From: an uncultured Chloroflexia bacterium
GTDB lineage: Bacteria; Chloroflexota; Limnocylindria; Limnocylindrales; CSP1-4
DNA length: 64,000 nucleotides
Direction: 5' to 3'
Assembly: GCA_963766735.1 (NCBI GenBank)
Contig: CAVYBU010000003.1
Location: 325,587 to 389,586 of the forward strand
Below, piece after piece: positions 29,205 to 40,258 of this stretch (positions are counted from its first letter, which is position 1; the number at the start of each line of letters is the position of its first letter). Both the position numbers and the translations under genes were made by a program. The notes below the pieces were generated by a model that was not told the DNA's origin, made no database searches, and saw only the letters and a program-made list of their open reading frames with translations.

Positions 29205-30610
29205 CTGCGAGGTCCGGCCGGCCCGGCCGCGCTCCACCCGGCCCCGCTCCACCCGGTTTCGCCCCGCCGAGCCTTGCTCCACCCGGCCCCGCTCCACCCG
29301 GTTTCGCCCCGCCGAGCCTTGCTCCACCCGGCCCTGCCCCGCCGGGCTCGATCCGGTCGATTGCGCTGATCCACTACGCCGCACCTCCGGTGATCGGTGG
29401 GGTCGAGCAAGTGCTCGCCCGGCATGCGGTGCTGATGGCAGACGCGGGCCACGAGGTGCGCGTGATCGCCGGCCGCGGCCGGGCGCCGGACCCTCGCGTG
29501 CGCTTCATCCGGCTGCCGCTCCTGGACTCCCGCCACCCCGTCATCGAGCGGATCCAGGCGGACCTCGACGCGGGCCATGTTCCGGCGGAGTTTGCGGACG
29601 TCACCGGGACGATCGCCTTGGAGTTGGGCGCCGCCCTGGACGGGTCCGACGTTGTGATCGCCCACAACGTCTGCTCGCTTGGGCTGAACCTGGCGCTCAC
29701 CGCGGCGATGCGTGGGTTCGCGGGACGGCCCGGCGGCCCCCGGCTGATCCTGTGGCATCACGATCTCGCCTGGGCCATGCCGGCGTACGAGGCGGTGCTC
29801 CATCCCGGTCCGCCCTGGGACCTGCTCCGGACCGCCTGGCCGGGTGCTGAGCAGGTCGTCGTGTCGGCCGCACGCGGCGAGCAGCTGGCGGACATCGCCG
29901 GAATCCCTCCCGCCACCATCACCGTGGTTCCCAACGGAGTGGATCTCGAGGCGCTCTGGCGACTCGACCGGGGGACTGTCGCGCTGATCGCCCGGACCGG
30001 GGTCCTCCGGGCGTCGCCCCTTCTCCTGATGCCGATCCGCGTCACGCGGCGCAAGAACGTGGAGCTCGCGCTGCGCGTGGTCGCCGCCATGCGGGCGGCC
30101 GGGCGGCCGGCAGGGCTGGTCGTCACGGGCCCCGCGGACCCCCACCAGGCCGGCGGCGAAGACTACCTCCGGGACCTGCAGGTGCTGCGTCGGGAGCTGG
30201 GCCTCGAGGACGCCGCGCGGTTCCTGTCCGTTGAGCTCGGCGGACCGCCGTCGGAGGCCGCCATGGGCGACCTGTACCGCCTGGCCGACCTGCTCTTCCT
30301 GCCCAGCCGCGACGAGGGGTTCGGGCTGCCGATCCTGGAAGCCGCGGCCCACCGGCTCCCGATCGTCTGCTCGGACCTGGCCACGTGCCGCTCGCTGGCG
30401 GGCGAGGGGGCGCTCTACATCGGACCGGACGACGACCCGGCGCGGGTCGCGGCGCGGATCCTCGAGCGCCTTGACCGCGATCCGGTGGCGCGCCTGGCCA
30501 TGGAGGTCCGGACGCGCTACACGTGGGACGCGATGTACCGGGAGCGGATCGCCCCACTCCTCTCGAACGACGTCTCGCCGGCACCGAGCGGTGCCGGCGG
30601 AGCGGTGTAG
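29201..30610 (+). CDS. GT4 glycosyltransferase with a Pro-rich repeat N-terminus
   Basis: 'HYAAPPVIGGVE', 'RVTRRKNVE', 'PSRDEGFGLPILEA'. Confidence 0.88.
   Translation: MTARSGRPGRAPPGPAPPGFAPPSLAPPGPAPPGFAPPSLAPPGPAPPGSIRSIALIHYAAPPVIGGVEQVLARHAVLMADAGHEVRVIAGRGRAPDPRVRFIRLPLLDSRHPVIERIQADLDAGHVPAEFADVTGTIALELGAALDGSDVVIAHNVCSLGLNLALTAAMRGFAGRPGGPRLILWHHDLAWAMPAYEAVLHPGPPWDLLRTAWPGAEQVVVSAARGEQLADIAGIPPATITVVPNGVDLEALWRLDRGTVALIARTGVLRASPLLLMPIRVTRRKNVELALRVVAAMRAAGRPAGLVVTGPADPHQAGGEDYLRDLQVLRRELGLEDAARFLSVELGGPPSEAAMGDLYRLADLLFLPSRDEGFGLPILEAAAHRLPIVCSDLATCRSLAGEGALYIGPDDDPARVAARILERLDRDPVARLAMEVRTRYTWDAMYRERIAPLLSNDVSPAPSGAGGAV
29224..29345. repeat. 15-bp tandem units with a 45-bp duplication (APPGP/APPGF/APPSL)
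   Basis: gctccacccggccccgctccacccggtttcgccccgccgagcctt occurs twice. Confidence 0.8.
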
Positions 30611-30675
30611 GCTAGTCCTCCGTATCCAAGCGTCCACCGCGACGAGCGGATCGCGCCGCCGGAGGATTGAGGCCG

Positions 30676-32484
30676 ATGAACCGAAGCGGATCGCAGGGGG
30701 TTTGGCTCATCGGAGCCGTGGTCCTTCTGTTCATCTTCATCGGGGCCGGCCTGTTCGGGCTGATCGGCGGGGGCGACGAAGGCGGAGGGAATGGCGGCAC
30801 CGGCGGCGTCGCCGGGTCCCCGACCGCGCCTGCCCCGGAGAACGCGGTCCGCGTCTCCATTGCCAGCTCCAACACCAAGGAGAAGTGGCTCCACGCGGCG
30901 GTGGACGCCTTCAATGAGGCATCGCTCACGGACTCGTCCCTCCAGGTCGGTGGCCGGCCCGTGTTCGTCGAGATCCTCCAGGAGACGATCGACGGCAAGC
31001 AGGTGGACTACCGCTCCGGCACGATGATCTCCAACACCCTCGCCGGCAAGATCGAGCCCACGGTGGTCTCGCCCGGCGAGGAGTCGTGGGTTGCGAAGCT
31101 GGAGCGCGAGTACGGGGCCGCCAACAACGGCGCCAAGCCGATCAAGGCGTCGAGCAACCCGCTCGTCGTCCGCACGCCGCTCGTCGTCGCGATGTGGGAG
31201 TCCCGCGCCAAGGCGCTGGGCTGCTGGCCCACGCCAGGACCCGACTGCACCTGGGAGACGCTCCGCGCCCTGTCGGCCAACCCGGACGGCTGGGGCGCCT
31301 ACGGGCACCCCGAATGGCGCAAGTTCCGGTTCGGCTACGGCTACTTCGGCGAGTCGAACTCGGGCACCCTCGCGGTGCTCGCGATGTGCCTCTCGGGCCT
31401 CGACAAGACCGGGGACCTGACGGTCGCGGACGTCGAGCCCGCCAACGGATGCGGCCAGTTCATCTCGGACATCGAGAAGGCCAAGGTGCACAGCGGGAAG
31501 TCGGACACCTGGCTGATCGAGAAGATGATCACCGGCGGTCCCGAGTACCTGGACGCGGTGGTGACCTACGAATCCAACGTCATCGCGACCAACCTGAAGA
31601 ATGCGGATGACATGCGGGAGCCGCTCGTCTCCGTCTATCCCCAGGACGGCACCATCGTCGTGGGCCACCCCTACGCGATCCTCGACGGCACGCCCTGGGT
31701 CAGCGCCGACCAGGCCGAGGGAGCCGGCCTCCTGCGCGACTACCTGCTCTCCTCCGACCAGCAGGGCAAGCTTGCCGACTTCGGCCTCCGGCCCTCGGAC
31801 GTGGCGGCCAAGCCGGGCCCCCCGATCGACGCCTCGCACGGCGCCAACCCGGACGCCAACATCGTTGCGCTCACCGTGCCCGAGACGCTGGTGATCGACC
31901 GCGTCGGCGAGGTCTGGCACCAGGTGCGCAAGCACGCCGCCATCGTCATCGTGTTCGACAAGTCGGGCTCGATGGGGGGCTCCAAGATCACGTCCTCCAT
32001 CAAGGGCGCCCAGGCATTCGTCAACAAGATGGAGTCGGCCGACTACCTGCGCTGGCTGCCCTTCGACAACGAGATCTACCCGGGTGCGTCCGGACGGAAG
32101 TCCGACATCGGAGAGGAGCTGCTGAGCGAGATCGGCTCGACCTCCGCCGACGGCGGGACCGCCCTGTATGACGCCGTGCGGCAGGCGTACGAGGAGCTCA
32201 CGGCTCTGCGCGCGACCAACGGGGACGCGATGCGGTACGGCATCGTGGTCCTGTCCGATGGCGCCGATACCGGCAGCGAGACGAGCCTCTCCCAGCTCGA
32301 GACGCAGCTCGCCCCGGCCGAGAACGATCCCTTCGGCATCCAGATCCACACCATCGCAATTGGCGAGGACGCCGACCAGGGCGTGCTCCAGAAGATCGCC
32401 GCGGCGTCGAACGGGCGCTTCTGGGCGCCGAAGAACGACCAGGACGTGGTCACCGTCTACAGGGACATCGCGGCCCACTACTAG
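30676..32484 (+). CDS. Extracellular solute-binding domain + vWA domain protein
   Basis: N-terminal TM; 'SNSG', 'YESNV', 'YPQDGT'; MIDAS 'FDKSGSM', 'GTALYDA', 'LSDGADT'. Confidence 0.88.
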   Translation: MNRSGSQGVWLIGAVVLLFIFIGAGLFGLIGGGDEGGGNGGTGGVAGSPTAPAPENAVRVSIASSNTKEKWLHAAVDAFNEASLTDSSLQVGGRPVFVEILQETIDGKQVDYRSGTMISNTLAGKIEPTVVSPGEESWVAKLEREYGAANNGAKPIKASSNPLVVRTPLVVAMWESRAKALGCWPTPGPDCTWETLRALSANPDGWGAYGHPEWRKFRFGYGYFGESNSGTLAVLAMCLSGLDKTGDLTVADVEPANGCGQFISDIEKAKVHSGKSDTWLIEKMITGGPEYLDAVVTYESNVIATNLKNADDMREPLVSVYPQDGTIVVGHPYAILDGTPWVSADQAEGAGLLRDYLLSSDQQGKLADFGLRPSDVAAKPGPPIDASHGANPDANIVALTVPETLVIDRVGEVWHQVRKHAAIVIVFDKSGSMGGSKITSSIKGAQAFVNKMESADYLRWLPFDNEIYPGASGRKSDIGEELLSEIGSTSADGGTALYDAVRQAYEELTALRATNGDAMRYGIVVLSDGADTGSETSLSQLETQLAPAENDPFGIQIHTIAIGEDADQGVLQKIAAASNGRFWAPKNDQDVVTVYRDIAAHY

Positions 32485-32528
32485 GGGGCTGCGGACCGAG
32501 CGAGACCCAGGGAGATCAGGGAGACCCA

Positions 32529-33326
32529 TTGCCCAGCGGCACCCCGGCACCGAACCCGACGAACCTGTCTCGATGCATCCTGTGCGACGCGGTGGACATC
32601 CGTCACGTCTGCCCGTACGCCACGGGTGCGCCCGTGCCGCCCCTGGTCGCCGCCGCGTCGGCCTGGAGCGAGCGCTTCGCGATGTTCGCCGTGGTCGGGT
32701 TCGTGGGGGCGCTGATCAGCGCCGTCGTGGTGCCCGCACTCGTCGGGTTCCTCGCCCCGTTCGCCGTCCTGTCCCTGGTGGCCGCCGGGGTGTTCCGCGC
32801 CATCCCGACCCTGTACGTCGGCAGCACGCCCATCGCCAAGGTAGACACGGCCGCTGCGGAGGCCGATCCGCGCCTTGCCCTGCGGGCATCCCTGGTGCGG
32901 GCCCGGGGCAGGGTCTCGCCGGCGCTCGCCGAGCGGCTGCGCCGGGTCCGGGCAACCATCGATGCCGGGCTGGCCCACGCCGACAAGACATCGACCGGCG
33001 ACCTCGACACGCACATCCTCCGCGAGTCCGCGCTCCACTACGTGCCCGAGGCCATCGACTACTACCTCAGCCTGCCCGCCAACGCGCCCCGTACCCTGGA
33101 GGGCCGGACGCCAGAGCAGGAGCTGGACTACCAGCTGGGGCTGATCGAGGGACGGGTCCAGAAGGTCCTCGACGGCAAGGCACGCGAGCTGGTCGACGAC
33201 TTCGAGGCCCATGGCCGCTTCCTGCGAGAGCGGCTGGATGCCGGCGCCGGCTCGCTGGACATCGCGAAGGCCACCGAGGCCGCGAAGGCCGCCGAGGCCG
33301 AGAGGGAGCGCGTGCGCGCACAATAG
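32529..33326 (+). CDS. Membrane protein, XpaC-like partner of TelA
   Basis: Two TMs; 'HYVPEAIDYYLSLP...QLGLI..FEAHGRFLRER'; lies upstream of telA. Confidence 0.6.
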   Translation: MPSGTPAPNPTNLSRCILCDAVDIRHVCPYATGAPVPPLVAAASAWSERFAMFAVVGFVGALISAVVVPALVGFLAPFAVLSLVAAGVFRAIPTLYVGSTPIAKVDTAAAEADPRLALRASLVRARGRVSPALAERLRRVRATIDAGLAHADKTSTGDLDTHILRESALHYVPEAIDYYLSLPANAPRTLEGRTPEQELDYQLGLIEGRVQKVLDGKARELVDDFEAHGRFLRERLDAGAGSLDIAKATEAAKAAEAERERVRAQ

Positions 33327-33390
33327 CCATCCTGGGTCGACGCGGGGCCACTCGCAGGCCGCCCGACCCGAACCTCGTGGGAGCGCCTTG

Positions 33391-34650
33391 ATGACCGACT
33401 CATCCCTGAACCTCGGGGCACCGATCGCCCCCGACCCCGTGATCGCCCCGACGGAGGCGACCACGACCGTGTCCGTGGAGCTTTCCCCGCCCGAGCCGGT
33501 CGCAGCCGTGCCCGCCGTGCAGGCGAGCGAGATGGTCAAGCTCGACGCTGCCACGGTCACCCGCCTGGACGCCATGGTCGAGGCGTACCTGACGGCGATC
33601 ACGTCGCTCGACGTCCACGGTGGTGAGTTCGCCGCCAAGGTCAAGGACATCCAGAAGCTGGGCGACGAGGACATCAAGGCCTCGTCGGGCGTGTCCAACC
33701 GGATGCTGGACAAGCCGATGGCCGCGATGACCAACGGCGGGCTGACCCAGGCATCGGTGGTCTCGCGCTCCCTCCTGGACCTGCGCAACACGGTGGAGGA
33801 TCTCGATCCCGGCCGCCAGGGCGACCTCCTGAGCCCGCGCAAGCTGCTCGGGATCATCCCTTTCGGCGATCGCCTGCGCGACTACTTCGACAAGTACCGC
33901 TCAAGCCAGGTCCACCTCGACGCGATCATCAAGGCCCTGTTCTCGGGGCAGGACGAGCTGGTCCGCGACAACGCCGCCATCGAGCAGGAGAAGGCGAACC
34001 TGTGGGCGGTCATGGGTCGCCTGCGCCAGTACATCTACCTGGGCCAGAAGCTCGACGCGGCCCTCGTGGCGCGGATCGCGGAGATCGAGGTCTCGGATCC
34101 GGACAGGGCGCGGGTCCTCCGCGAGGACATGCTGTTCTACGTGCGCCAGAAGGTGCAGGACCTGCTCGTCCAGCTGGCCGTGAGCGTCCAGGGCTACCTC
34201 GCCCTCGACGTCATCCGCAAGAACAACGTCGAGCTGATCAAGGGCGTGGACCGCGCGACCACCACCACCGTGTCCGCCCTGCGGACCGCCGTCATCGTGG
34301 CCCAGGCCCTGGCCGACCAGAAGCTGGTCCTGGACCAGATCACGGCCCTCAACACCACGACGGGCAACCTGATCGAGAGCACGTCGCGCATGCTCAAGGA
34401 CCAGTCCGGCAAGATCAGCGAGCAGGCGGCAAGCGCCACGATCGACCTCGCCAAGCTGCAGGCGGCGTTCGCGAACATCTACGCGACGATGGACGAGATC
34501 GACGCCTTCAAGCTCCGTGCGCTCGACAACATGGCGAAGACGGTGGACGCGCTCTCGACCGAGGTCACCAAGTCCCAGGCGTACCTCGATCGCGTTCGCC
34601 AGGGCGAGAACAACGCCGCGCTCGGCGGCGGCGGGGAGGTCGAGCTCTAG
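33391..34650 (+). CDS. telA: Toxic anion resistance protein, TelA family
   Basis: 'KLLGIIPFG..YFDKYRSSQ', 'GQDELVRDNAAIEQEK', 'NNVELIKGVDRATTTT'. Confidence 0.88.
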   Translation: MTDSSLNLGAPIAPDPVIAPTEATTTVSVELSPPEPVAAVPAVQASEMVKLDAATVTRLDAMVEAYLTAITSLDVHGGEFAAKVKDIQKLGDEDIKASSGVSNRMLDKPMAAMTNGGLTQASVVSRSLLDLRNTVEDLDPGRQGDLLSPRKLLGIIPFGDRLRDYFDKYRSSQVHLDAIIKALFSGQDELVRDNAAIEQEKANLWAVMGRLRQYIYLGQKLDAALVARIAEIEVSDPDRARVLREDMLFYVRQKVQDLLVQLAVSVQGYLALDVIRKNNVELIKGVDRATTTTVSALRTAVIVAQALADQKLVLDQITALNTTTGNLIESTSRMLKDQSGKISEQAASATIDLAKLQAAFANIYATMDEIDAFKLRALDNMAKTVDALSTEVTKSQAYLDRVRQGENNAALGGGGEVEL

Positions 34651-37454
34651 CCCTGGATCCCGTCATCGGTGACGTCGGCCGGCTCCACGAGGACCGGCCG
34701 GCCGTCGCGGACCTCGGCCGCGAGGTTCGTGGCGCCGGACGGCATGGACGCCACCAGCGCGGGGACCAGGACGCGGTCCAGCCAGGTCAGGCCGGCCTCG
34801 CCGTCTCCGGGGTCCTGTGATGCCACCCAGGCCGCGAACCCGGGGTCGAACGTCACCGCAACGCCGGTGCGGGCGAAGCGCTCGGCGAGGGGTCCCAGGA
34901 GCATCCGCTGCACGTCGGCCGCACCCGACCCGGTCGGTGTGGTGGTCTCGATGACCAGGTCGCACGCGGCCAGCAGCCCCGGGTCGAGGAGGACGCCGAC
35001 GGTCGTCGGGCTCGTCATCAGCACCACGGCTCCGCCCAGCGGCAGCCGCCGGCCCATGGCATCGGTGAAGGCGCCGGCCTCGAGGGCGGCCACGATTGCC
35101 TGGCGGACGGCCTCCGAACAGCGATCGACATTCCGCAGCACGACCACCGAGAACGGCGAGCGCGTCAGCTCGTGGAGGGGAAGCGGACGTTCCGAGCCGA
35201 TCAGCCCCGGTGCCGAGCCGAGCAGCGTCGAGACCGCCGAGTCGTCGCTCATGCCGGCCAGCTCGATGTCGATGCGCGCGGTCGCCCGCCCGTAGATGCT
35301 GGTGGCGACGGCGGACGCCAGACCATCGACCGCGGCCGCGGCCGTGCCGGTCAGCAGGACCGATGCGTTGGGGCGCTCCGGTCGCGCATCGACGCCGCGC
35401 AGGGCGGACCCGATGCGCCCCACGAGGCCGTCGATCTGGGCTGCATCGAGCGTGCCGGCAGAGCCCAGCGCAGCGCGCAGCGAGGCCAGGGCGGCCCCCG
35501 GGTCGAGCGGCATCCCGACCATCCGCGCCACGACCGTGCGCACGACCGCCGGATCGACGGCCGTCAACCCGTGGGTGAGGGCGTAGGCGACAGACTGCTC
35601 GATCAGGTCGACGCCCTTGTCCGGGAAGGCGCGGTTGGGGATCCACTGGGTGGCCAGCGTCGTGATCTCCGCGAGAGCGGCATCGTCCAGCGCCACCCCG
35701 CGCCCGCCGGCCAGCTTGTCGCGCACGCCGCGCAGCACCGCAGCCACCGCGGTCTCGTCCATCGGGGTGACGGTGATCGGCGAGAAGCGCCGGGCGATGG
35801 CGGCCTCCCGCTCGATGGACTGCTGGTATTCCGGTCCGGTCGTGGCGCCCACGCAGGCGATCTCGCCCCGCGCCAGGGCCGGCTTGAGCGCCTCCGCCAG
35901 CTTGCGGACACCCGGGCTGGTGAGCAGGTGGATCTCGTCGAAGAACACGATGACCCGCGGGTGCGCGGCCTCGGTCAGGAACGCCGAGAGGAGGTCGGGT
36001 TCTGCCTCGATGGCATCGGCGAGGCCGGTCAGCGGCACGTCGAACAGGTGCTGGTCCCGGAGCGACCCGGGCACCGCCCCGGATTCGAGACGGATGGCGA
36101 ACCCCTCCACGATCGCCGTCTTGCCGGAGCCCGCCGGCCCGAGCAGGAGCGGATTGCGCTTGGTGCTGCGCAGGACCGTCTCGATCATGAGGTCGATCTC
36201 TGGCTCGCGGCCGATCACGGGCCCGATCCGCCCATCGCGCGCCAGCGCCCGCAGGTCGCGCCCGAAGCGGGTCAGCGTTGGCGTGGCCGAGACGCGCCGC
36301 TCGTACAGCTCCGTGACCCGGACCGCGGCGGTGCGGTCCACGCGCCTGCGCCCCGCCACGAGCGCGTTGGCGACCGCGGCCTCGAGCAGGTCGAGCGCCT
36401 TGTCCGGGAAGCGACGATTGGCGATCCGCTTGTCGGCGAACTCGAGCAGGACGTCGATCGCGGGGTCCGACACGCGAACGTCGCGGGACCCGGCCAGCGC
36501 ATCCCGGACGCCGAGCATGATCCGGCGGGTGAGGTCCCGGCTGATCTCCCGGATCGTGACAGCCATGAACTGGCCCGCCAGCGACGGGCTGCGCGCGATG
36601 CGCCGCCGATTCTGGTCCGGTGTCGTCGTGCCGATGACCGTGATCGCGCCGCGCGAGAGGGAGGGACCCAGGATGGCGTCGGCGCTGATCGCGCTGCTCT
36701 CGGTGGCGCCGGCGCCGGCGAGGAGGTGGATATCGGGGAAGAAGAGGATGACCTCAGGGCCCGCCGCCTCTGCCGCGAACTGCGCGAGGCGCTCCTCGAG
36801 CTGGCCGCGATACTGCGTGCCCGCGGTCAGGTCGCCCACCGACACCTCGATGATCCGCCGGCCCCGGAGGAGCGCGGGAACGTCGTCGGCCGCGATCCTC
36901 GTCGCCAGCCCCTCGACGATGGAGGTGCGACCCGTGCCGTCCGGCGCGACGAGCAGGGGGTTGTGCCGCCTGCTTCTGACGAGGATCTCGATGACCGCGT
37001 CGATCTCGGCCTCACGCCCCAGGACGACCTGGAGCTGGCCGGCGCGGGCGAGGGCCGTCAGGTCGCGGCCAACCGCGTCGAGCAGCGGGGTGGGTGAGCC
37101 CGCCGCGGGGAGGGGCGATGCGGGCCGGGCGCCGGCCGGCGCGGACGCGGGGGCGCCGGGCGCCAGGTGTTGCCACGGCCCGGGTGCCTGGATGCGGGGT
37201 TGCCGCGGACGCGGGCGTGGCCGCGGGGCGGGCGTGGGCGTGGCCGTCGGCGTGGACTCGGGCCGTCGCCCGGTCCGGGGCCTGCGATCGTGCCCCGGGA
37301 CTGCGACGCAGGTCCTGACGGCCGGTCCGGGGCCTGCGACCGGTTTCGGGTCCGGGCTGCCGGACCAGGGCGGGACCGACAGCTCGGACAGACGACTGGA
37401 GAGCCAGTCGAACGCGAGGCTGATGTCGCGCGGGGCGGGATCGTCCTTGGCCAT
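34647..37454 (-). CDS. Atypical ClpA/B-family AAA+ ATPase with a duplicated first AAA domain
   Basis: Two 'GRDL.ALAR.G...V.GRE.EI' modules, 'AGTQYRGQLEER', two 'FPDK' motifs, and a degenerate D2. Confidence 0.8.
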   Translation of the reverse strand: MAKDDPAPRDISLAFDWLSSRLSELSVPPWSGSPDPKPVAGPGPAVRTCVAVPGHDRRPRTGRRPESTPTATPTPAPRPRPRPRQPRIQAPGPWQHLAPGAPASAPAGARPASPLPAAGSPTPLLDAVGRDLTALARAGQLQVVLGREAEIDAVIEILVRSRRHNPLLVAPDGTGRTSIVEGLATRIAADDVPALLRGRRIIEVSVGDLTAGTQYRGQLEERLAQFAAEAAGPEVILFFPDIHLLAGAGATESSAISADAILGPSLSRGAITVIGTTTPDQNRRRIARSPSLAGQFMAVTIREISRDLTRRIMLGVRDALAGSRDVRVSDPAIDVLLEFADKRIANRRFPDKALDLLEAAVANALVAGRRRVDRTAAVRVTELYERRVSATPTLTRFGRDLRALARDGRIGPVIGREPEIDLMIETVLRSTKRNPLLLGPAGSGKTAIVEGFAIRLESGAVPGSLRDQHLFDVPLTGLADAIEAEPDLLSAFLTEAAHPRVIVFFDEIHLLTSPGVRKLAEALKPALARGEIACVGATTGPEYQQSIEREAAIARRFSPITVTPMDETAVAAVLRGVRDKLAGGRGVALDDAALAEITTLATQWIPNRAFPDKGVDLIEQSVAYALTHGLTAVDPAVVRTVVARMVGMPLDPGAALASLRAALGSAGTLDAAQIDGLVGRIGSALRGVDARPERPNASVLLTGTAAAAVDGLASAVATSIYGRATARIDIELAGMSDDSAVSTLLGSAPGLIGSERPLPLHELTRSPFSVVVLRNVDRCSEAVRQAIVAALEAGAFTDAMGRRLPLGGAVVLMTSPTTVGVLLDPGLLAACDLVIETTTPTGSGAADVQRMLLGPLAERFARTGVAVTFDPGFAAWVASQDPGDGEAGLTWLDRVLVPALVASMPSGATNLAAEVRDGRPVLVEPADVTDDGIQG

Positions 37455-37525
37455 GCCGCAGATGGTAGGCGGTCCCGCGTCCGACCGGCGGCGCGTCTCC
37501 GACGCGAACCGGCGACGTGCCGGGG

Positions 37526-40258
37526 TCAGGCTTGCGACACCGCCAGCGACGCCAGAACCGTTCCGTCTCGCTCCTCGAACGAGAACCCCTCGTCGGCCAG
37601 GAGCTCGCGTACGCCGACGTTGTCGGGCGCCAGCTCGGCGATCAGGTTGGCGACGCCCTCGCCGCGGGCGACCGCCACGGCGCCCTGCACGAGCCGGGCA
37701 CCGATCCCGCGGCGCTGCCAGGCGTCCGCGATGACCATGGTGAGCGTCCGGTCGTCGCTGGCGTGCACGCGCGAGATGCGCGCCACCCCGGCGATCTCCG
37801 GGCCGTCACGACCGACCACCTCGGCGACCAGGCCGAACTGCCGGTCGTAGTCCACGAAACAGATGCGGGTCAGACGCTCGTGGGCGGTCCGCTCGGAGAG
37901 TGACCTGACCTTGCCGTAGCGGGCGAGGACGGTGGCCTCCGACAGGCGCGAATGGAAGCGTGCCACGCCGGGTTCGTCCTCCGGGCGGATCGGACGGACG
38001 GTGAGCGCCACGCCGTCATCGGTGGTGGTCGCGCGCAGGTACTCGTGCGGGTACGGACGGATGGCCAGGCGCGGCAGGTCCTCGTCCGCGATCTCCGCCG
38101 GGTGGAGGACCACGCGCGCATCGAGGGCGATGATGCGCTCCGGCGATGCCAGCAGCGGGTTGATGTCGATCTCCGCGATGCGCGGCTGCTCGGCGACCAG
38201 CTGGCTGAACCTCACGAGGAGCGCGGCCAGGACGTCCCCGTCCACGGGCTGGCGACCTCGCACGCCCGCCAGCGCGCGAGAGATGATCGTCTCGTTGATG
38301 AGGCGCCGGGCGAGGGTCGAGTTGAGCGGCGGCAGGGCCAGCGAGTGGTCCGAGATGACCTCCACCAGGGAGCCGCCCATGCCGAACAGCAGGACCGGGC
38401 CGAACTGCGGGTCGTTGCTGCTGCCGACGATCAGCTCGTAACCGCTCCAGTTGATCATCGGCTGGATCGTGACGCCCTCGAAGTGCTCAGCCCCGACCTT
38501 GTCGGCGACGGTGTCGCGGATATTCTCGAAGGCCTCGCGGACGTCGTCCGCATTGCGCAGGTTGAGGACGACGCCGCCCACGTCGGTCTTGTGCGTGACC
38601 GTGCGTGACAGCAGCTTGGCGACCACGGGGTACCCGATCTCCTCGGCAGCGGCGACCGCCTCCTCCGGCGTGTGGGCGAGCTCGGTGTCCGTGATCGGGA
38701 TGCCGTATGCCGCCAGGACCTTCTTGGACTCGTACTCGGTGAGGAGCGTCCGACCCTCGGCGGTCACGTCCGCGATGATGCGGTCCACCTCCTCGCGGAA
38801 CTCACCCCGCTCGGGCGCGACGGGAAGCCGGGGGGTCTCGTACATGTCCAGCAGGTTCGCGTGATGCCGCCACAGGTGGTTGAACAGGATGCACGCGGTA
38901 TCGGGGTAGTCGAACGTGGGAATGCCGGCCTTGCGCAGGATCCGGATGCCCTCCGCGACCTCCTCGCCGCCCATCCAGGACGCGAGCACCGGCTTGCCCT
39001 CGATGCGGGCATGCTTGGCCAGACCGATCGCGGTGGCCGTCGGGTCGGTCATCGCCTGCGGCGTGAGAATCACCAGCAGCCCGTCCGTCTCGGGATCGGC
39101 GGCGGCGATCTCGAGGGCCTTCTCATACCGCTCGGGCGGCGCGTCGCCGATGATGTCGATCGGGTTGTTGTGGCTCCAGACCGAGGGCAGAACCGCGTTC
39201 AGGGCCTCCATCGTCTCGTCCGAGATCGCGGACAGCTCGCCGCCGCCGCCGATGAGCGCGTCCGTGGCGATGACGCCCGGTCCTCCGGCGTTGGTCACGA
39301 TCGAGAGGCGCGGGCCGCGCGGACGCGGCTGCTTGGCGAGGATGTCGGAGACCTCGAACAGCTCGCTGATGGAGTCCACGCGCAGGACACCCGCGCGGCG
39401 GAAGGCCGCGTCGAGGACGTCGTCGGAGCCCGTGAGGGAGCCCGTGTGCGATGCGGCAGCCTTCGCGGCCGCGGCCGTGCGCCCGGGCTTGATGACGATG
39501 ATCGGCTTCGACAGGGCCACCTCGCGCGCGGCGGACAGGAAGTCCCGTGCGTCGCCGATGGTCTCCATGTAGATGACGATGCTGTCGGTGTTGGGGTCGT
39601 TGCCCAGGTAGTCGATGATGTCGCCCCAGCCGACGTCCAGCATCGATCCCAGGCTCACGATGGAGCTGAACCCCACCTGCTCGTGGGCCGCCCAGTCCAG
39701 GATCGCGGTCAGGAGCGCGCCCGACTGCGAGATGAACCCGACGCGCCCGGGTTGGGCGATGCCGGCGGCGAAGGTGGCGTTCATCCCGTTGATGGGGTTC
39801 ATGACGCCGAGGCAGTTGGGGCCGACCACCCGGATGCCGTACCTGTGAGCGGCCTCAAGGACCTGGCGCTCGAGCTCCACGCCCTCGGGTCCGACCTCCT
39901 TGAACCCCGCGCTGATGATGATCACGCCCTTGATGCCCGCCTCACCGCACTCGGCCACGAGCTCCGGGACGCCCTTGGCGGGGGTCACCAGGACCGCCAG
40001 GTCCACCGGCTCGCCGATGGCGCTGATGGACGGATACGCCTTCACGCCCAGGATGGCCGGGCGGGTTGGGTTGACCGGGTACACGACCCCGCCGAACGGA
40101 GAGGAGAGCAGGTTCCACAGGATCGTCCTGCCGACGGAACCATCCTTCTCGGTGGCGCCGACGACGGCGATCGAGCGAGGGTGGAAGATGGCATCGAGGG
40201 GCTCGCGCTCGCGGCGAAGCACATCGGTTGTGGGATCGTGGGGTGTGACGCGGGTCAT
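37526..40258 (-). CDS. ADP-forming acyl-CoA ligase / GNAT acetyltransferase fusion (Pat/Pka-like)
   Basis: '[11 protein letters not shown]', 'FISQSGA', 'SHTGSL', 'HKTDVGGV', 'EIDINPL'; C-terminal GNAT 'WQRRGIG'. Confidence 0.92.
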   Translation of the reverse strand: MTRVTPHDPTTDVLRREREPLDAIFHPRSIAVVGATEKDGSVGRTILWNLLSSPFGGVVYPVNPTRPAILGVKAYPSISAIGEPVDLAVLVTPAKGVPELVAECGEAGIKGVIIISAGFKEVGPEGVELERQVLEAAHRYGIRVVGPNCLGVMNPINGMNATFAAGIAQPGRVGFISQSGALLTAILDWAAHEQVGFSSIVSLGSMLDVGWGDIIDYLGNDPNTDSIVIYMETIGDARDFLSAAREVALSKPIIVIKPGRTAAAAKAAASHTGSLTGSDDVLDAAFRRAGVLRVDSISELFEVSDILAKQPRPRGPRLSIVTNAGGPGVIATDALIGGGGELSAISDETMEALNAVLPSVWSHNNPIDIIGDAPPERYEKALEIAAADPETDGLLVILTPQAMTDPTATAIGLAKHARIEGKPVLASWMGGEEVAEGIRILRKAGIPTFDYPDTACILFNHLWRHHANLLDMYETPRLPVAPERGEFREEVDRIIADVTAEGRTLLTEYESKKVLAAYGIPITDTELAHTPEEAVAAAEEIGYPVVAKLLSRTVTHKTDVGGVVLNLRNADDVREAFENIRDTVADKVGAEHFEGVTIQPMINWSGYELIVGSSNDPQFGPVLLFGMGGSLVEVISDHSLALPPLNSTLARRLINETIISRALAGVRGRQPVDGDVLAALLVRFSQLVAEQPRIAEIDINPLLASPERIIALDARVVLHPAEIADEDLPRLAIRPYPHEYLRATTTDDGVALTVRPIRPEDEPGVARFHSRLSEATVLARYGKVRSLSERTAHERLTRICFVDYDRQFGLVAEVVGRDGPEIAGVARISRVHASDDRTLTMVIADAWQRRGIGARLVQGAVAVARGEGVANLIAELAPDNVGVRELLADEGFSFEERDGTVLASLAVSQA

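Noticed and set aside
30600-30621. agcggtgtaggctagtcctcc resembles the module's left end
   Set aside because: No leader, tRNA half or element follows; most likely just a similar TAGGCT -10 promoter for the vWA operon, or chance
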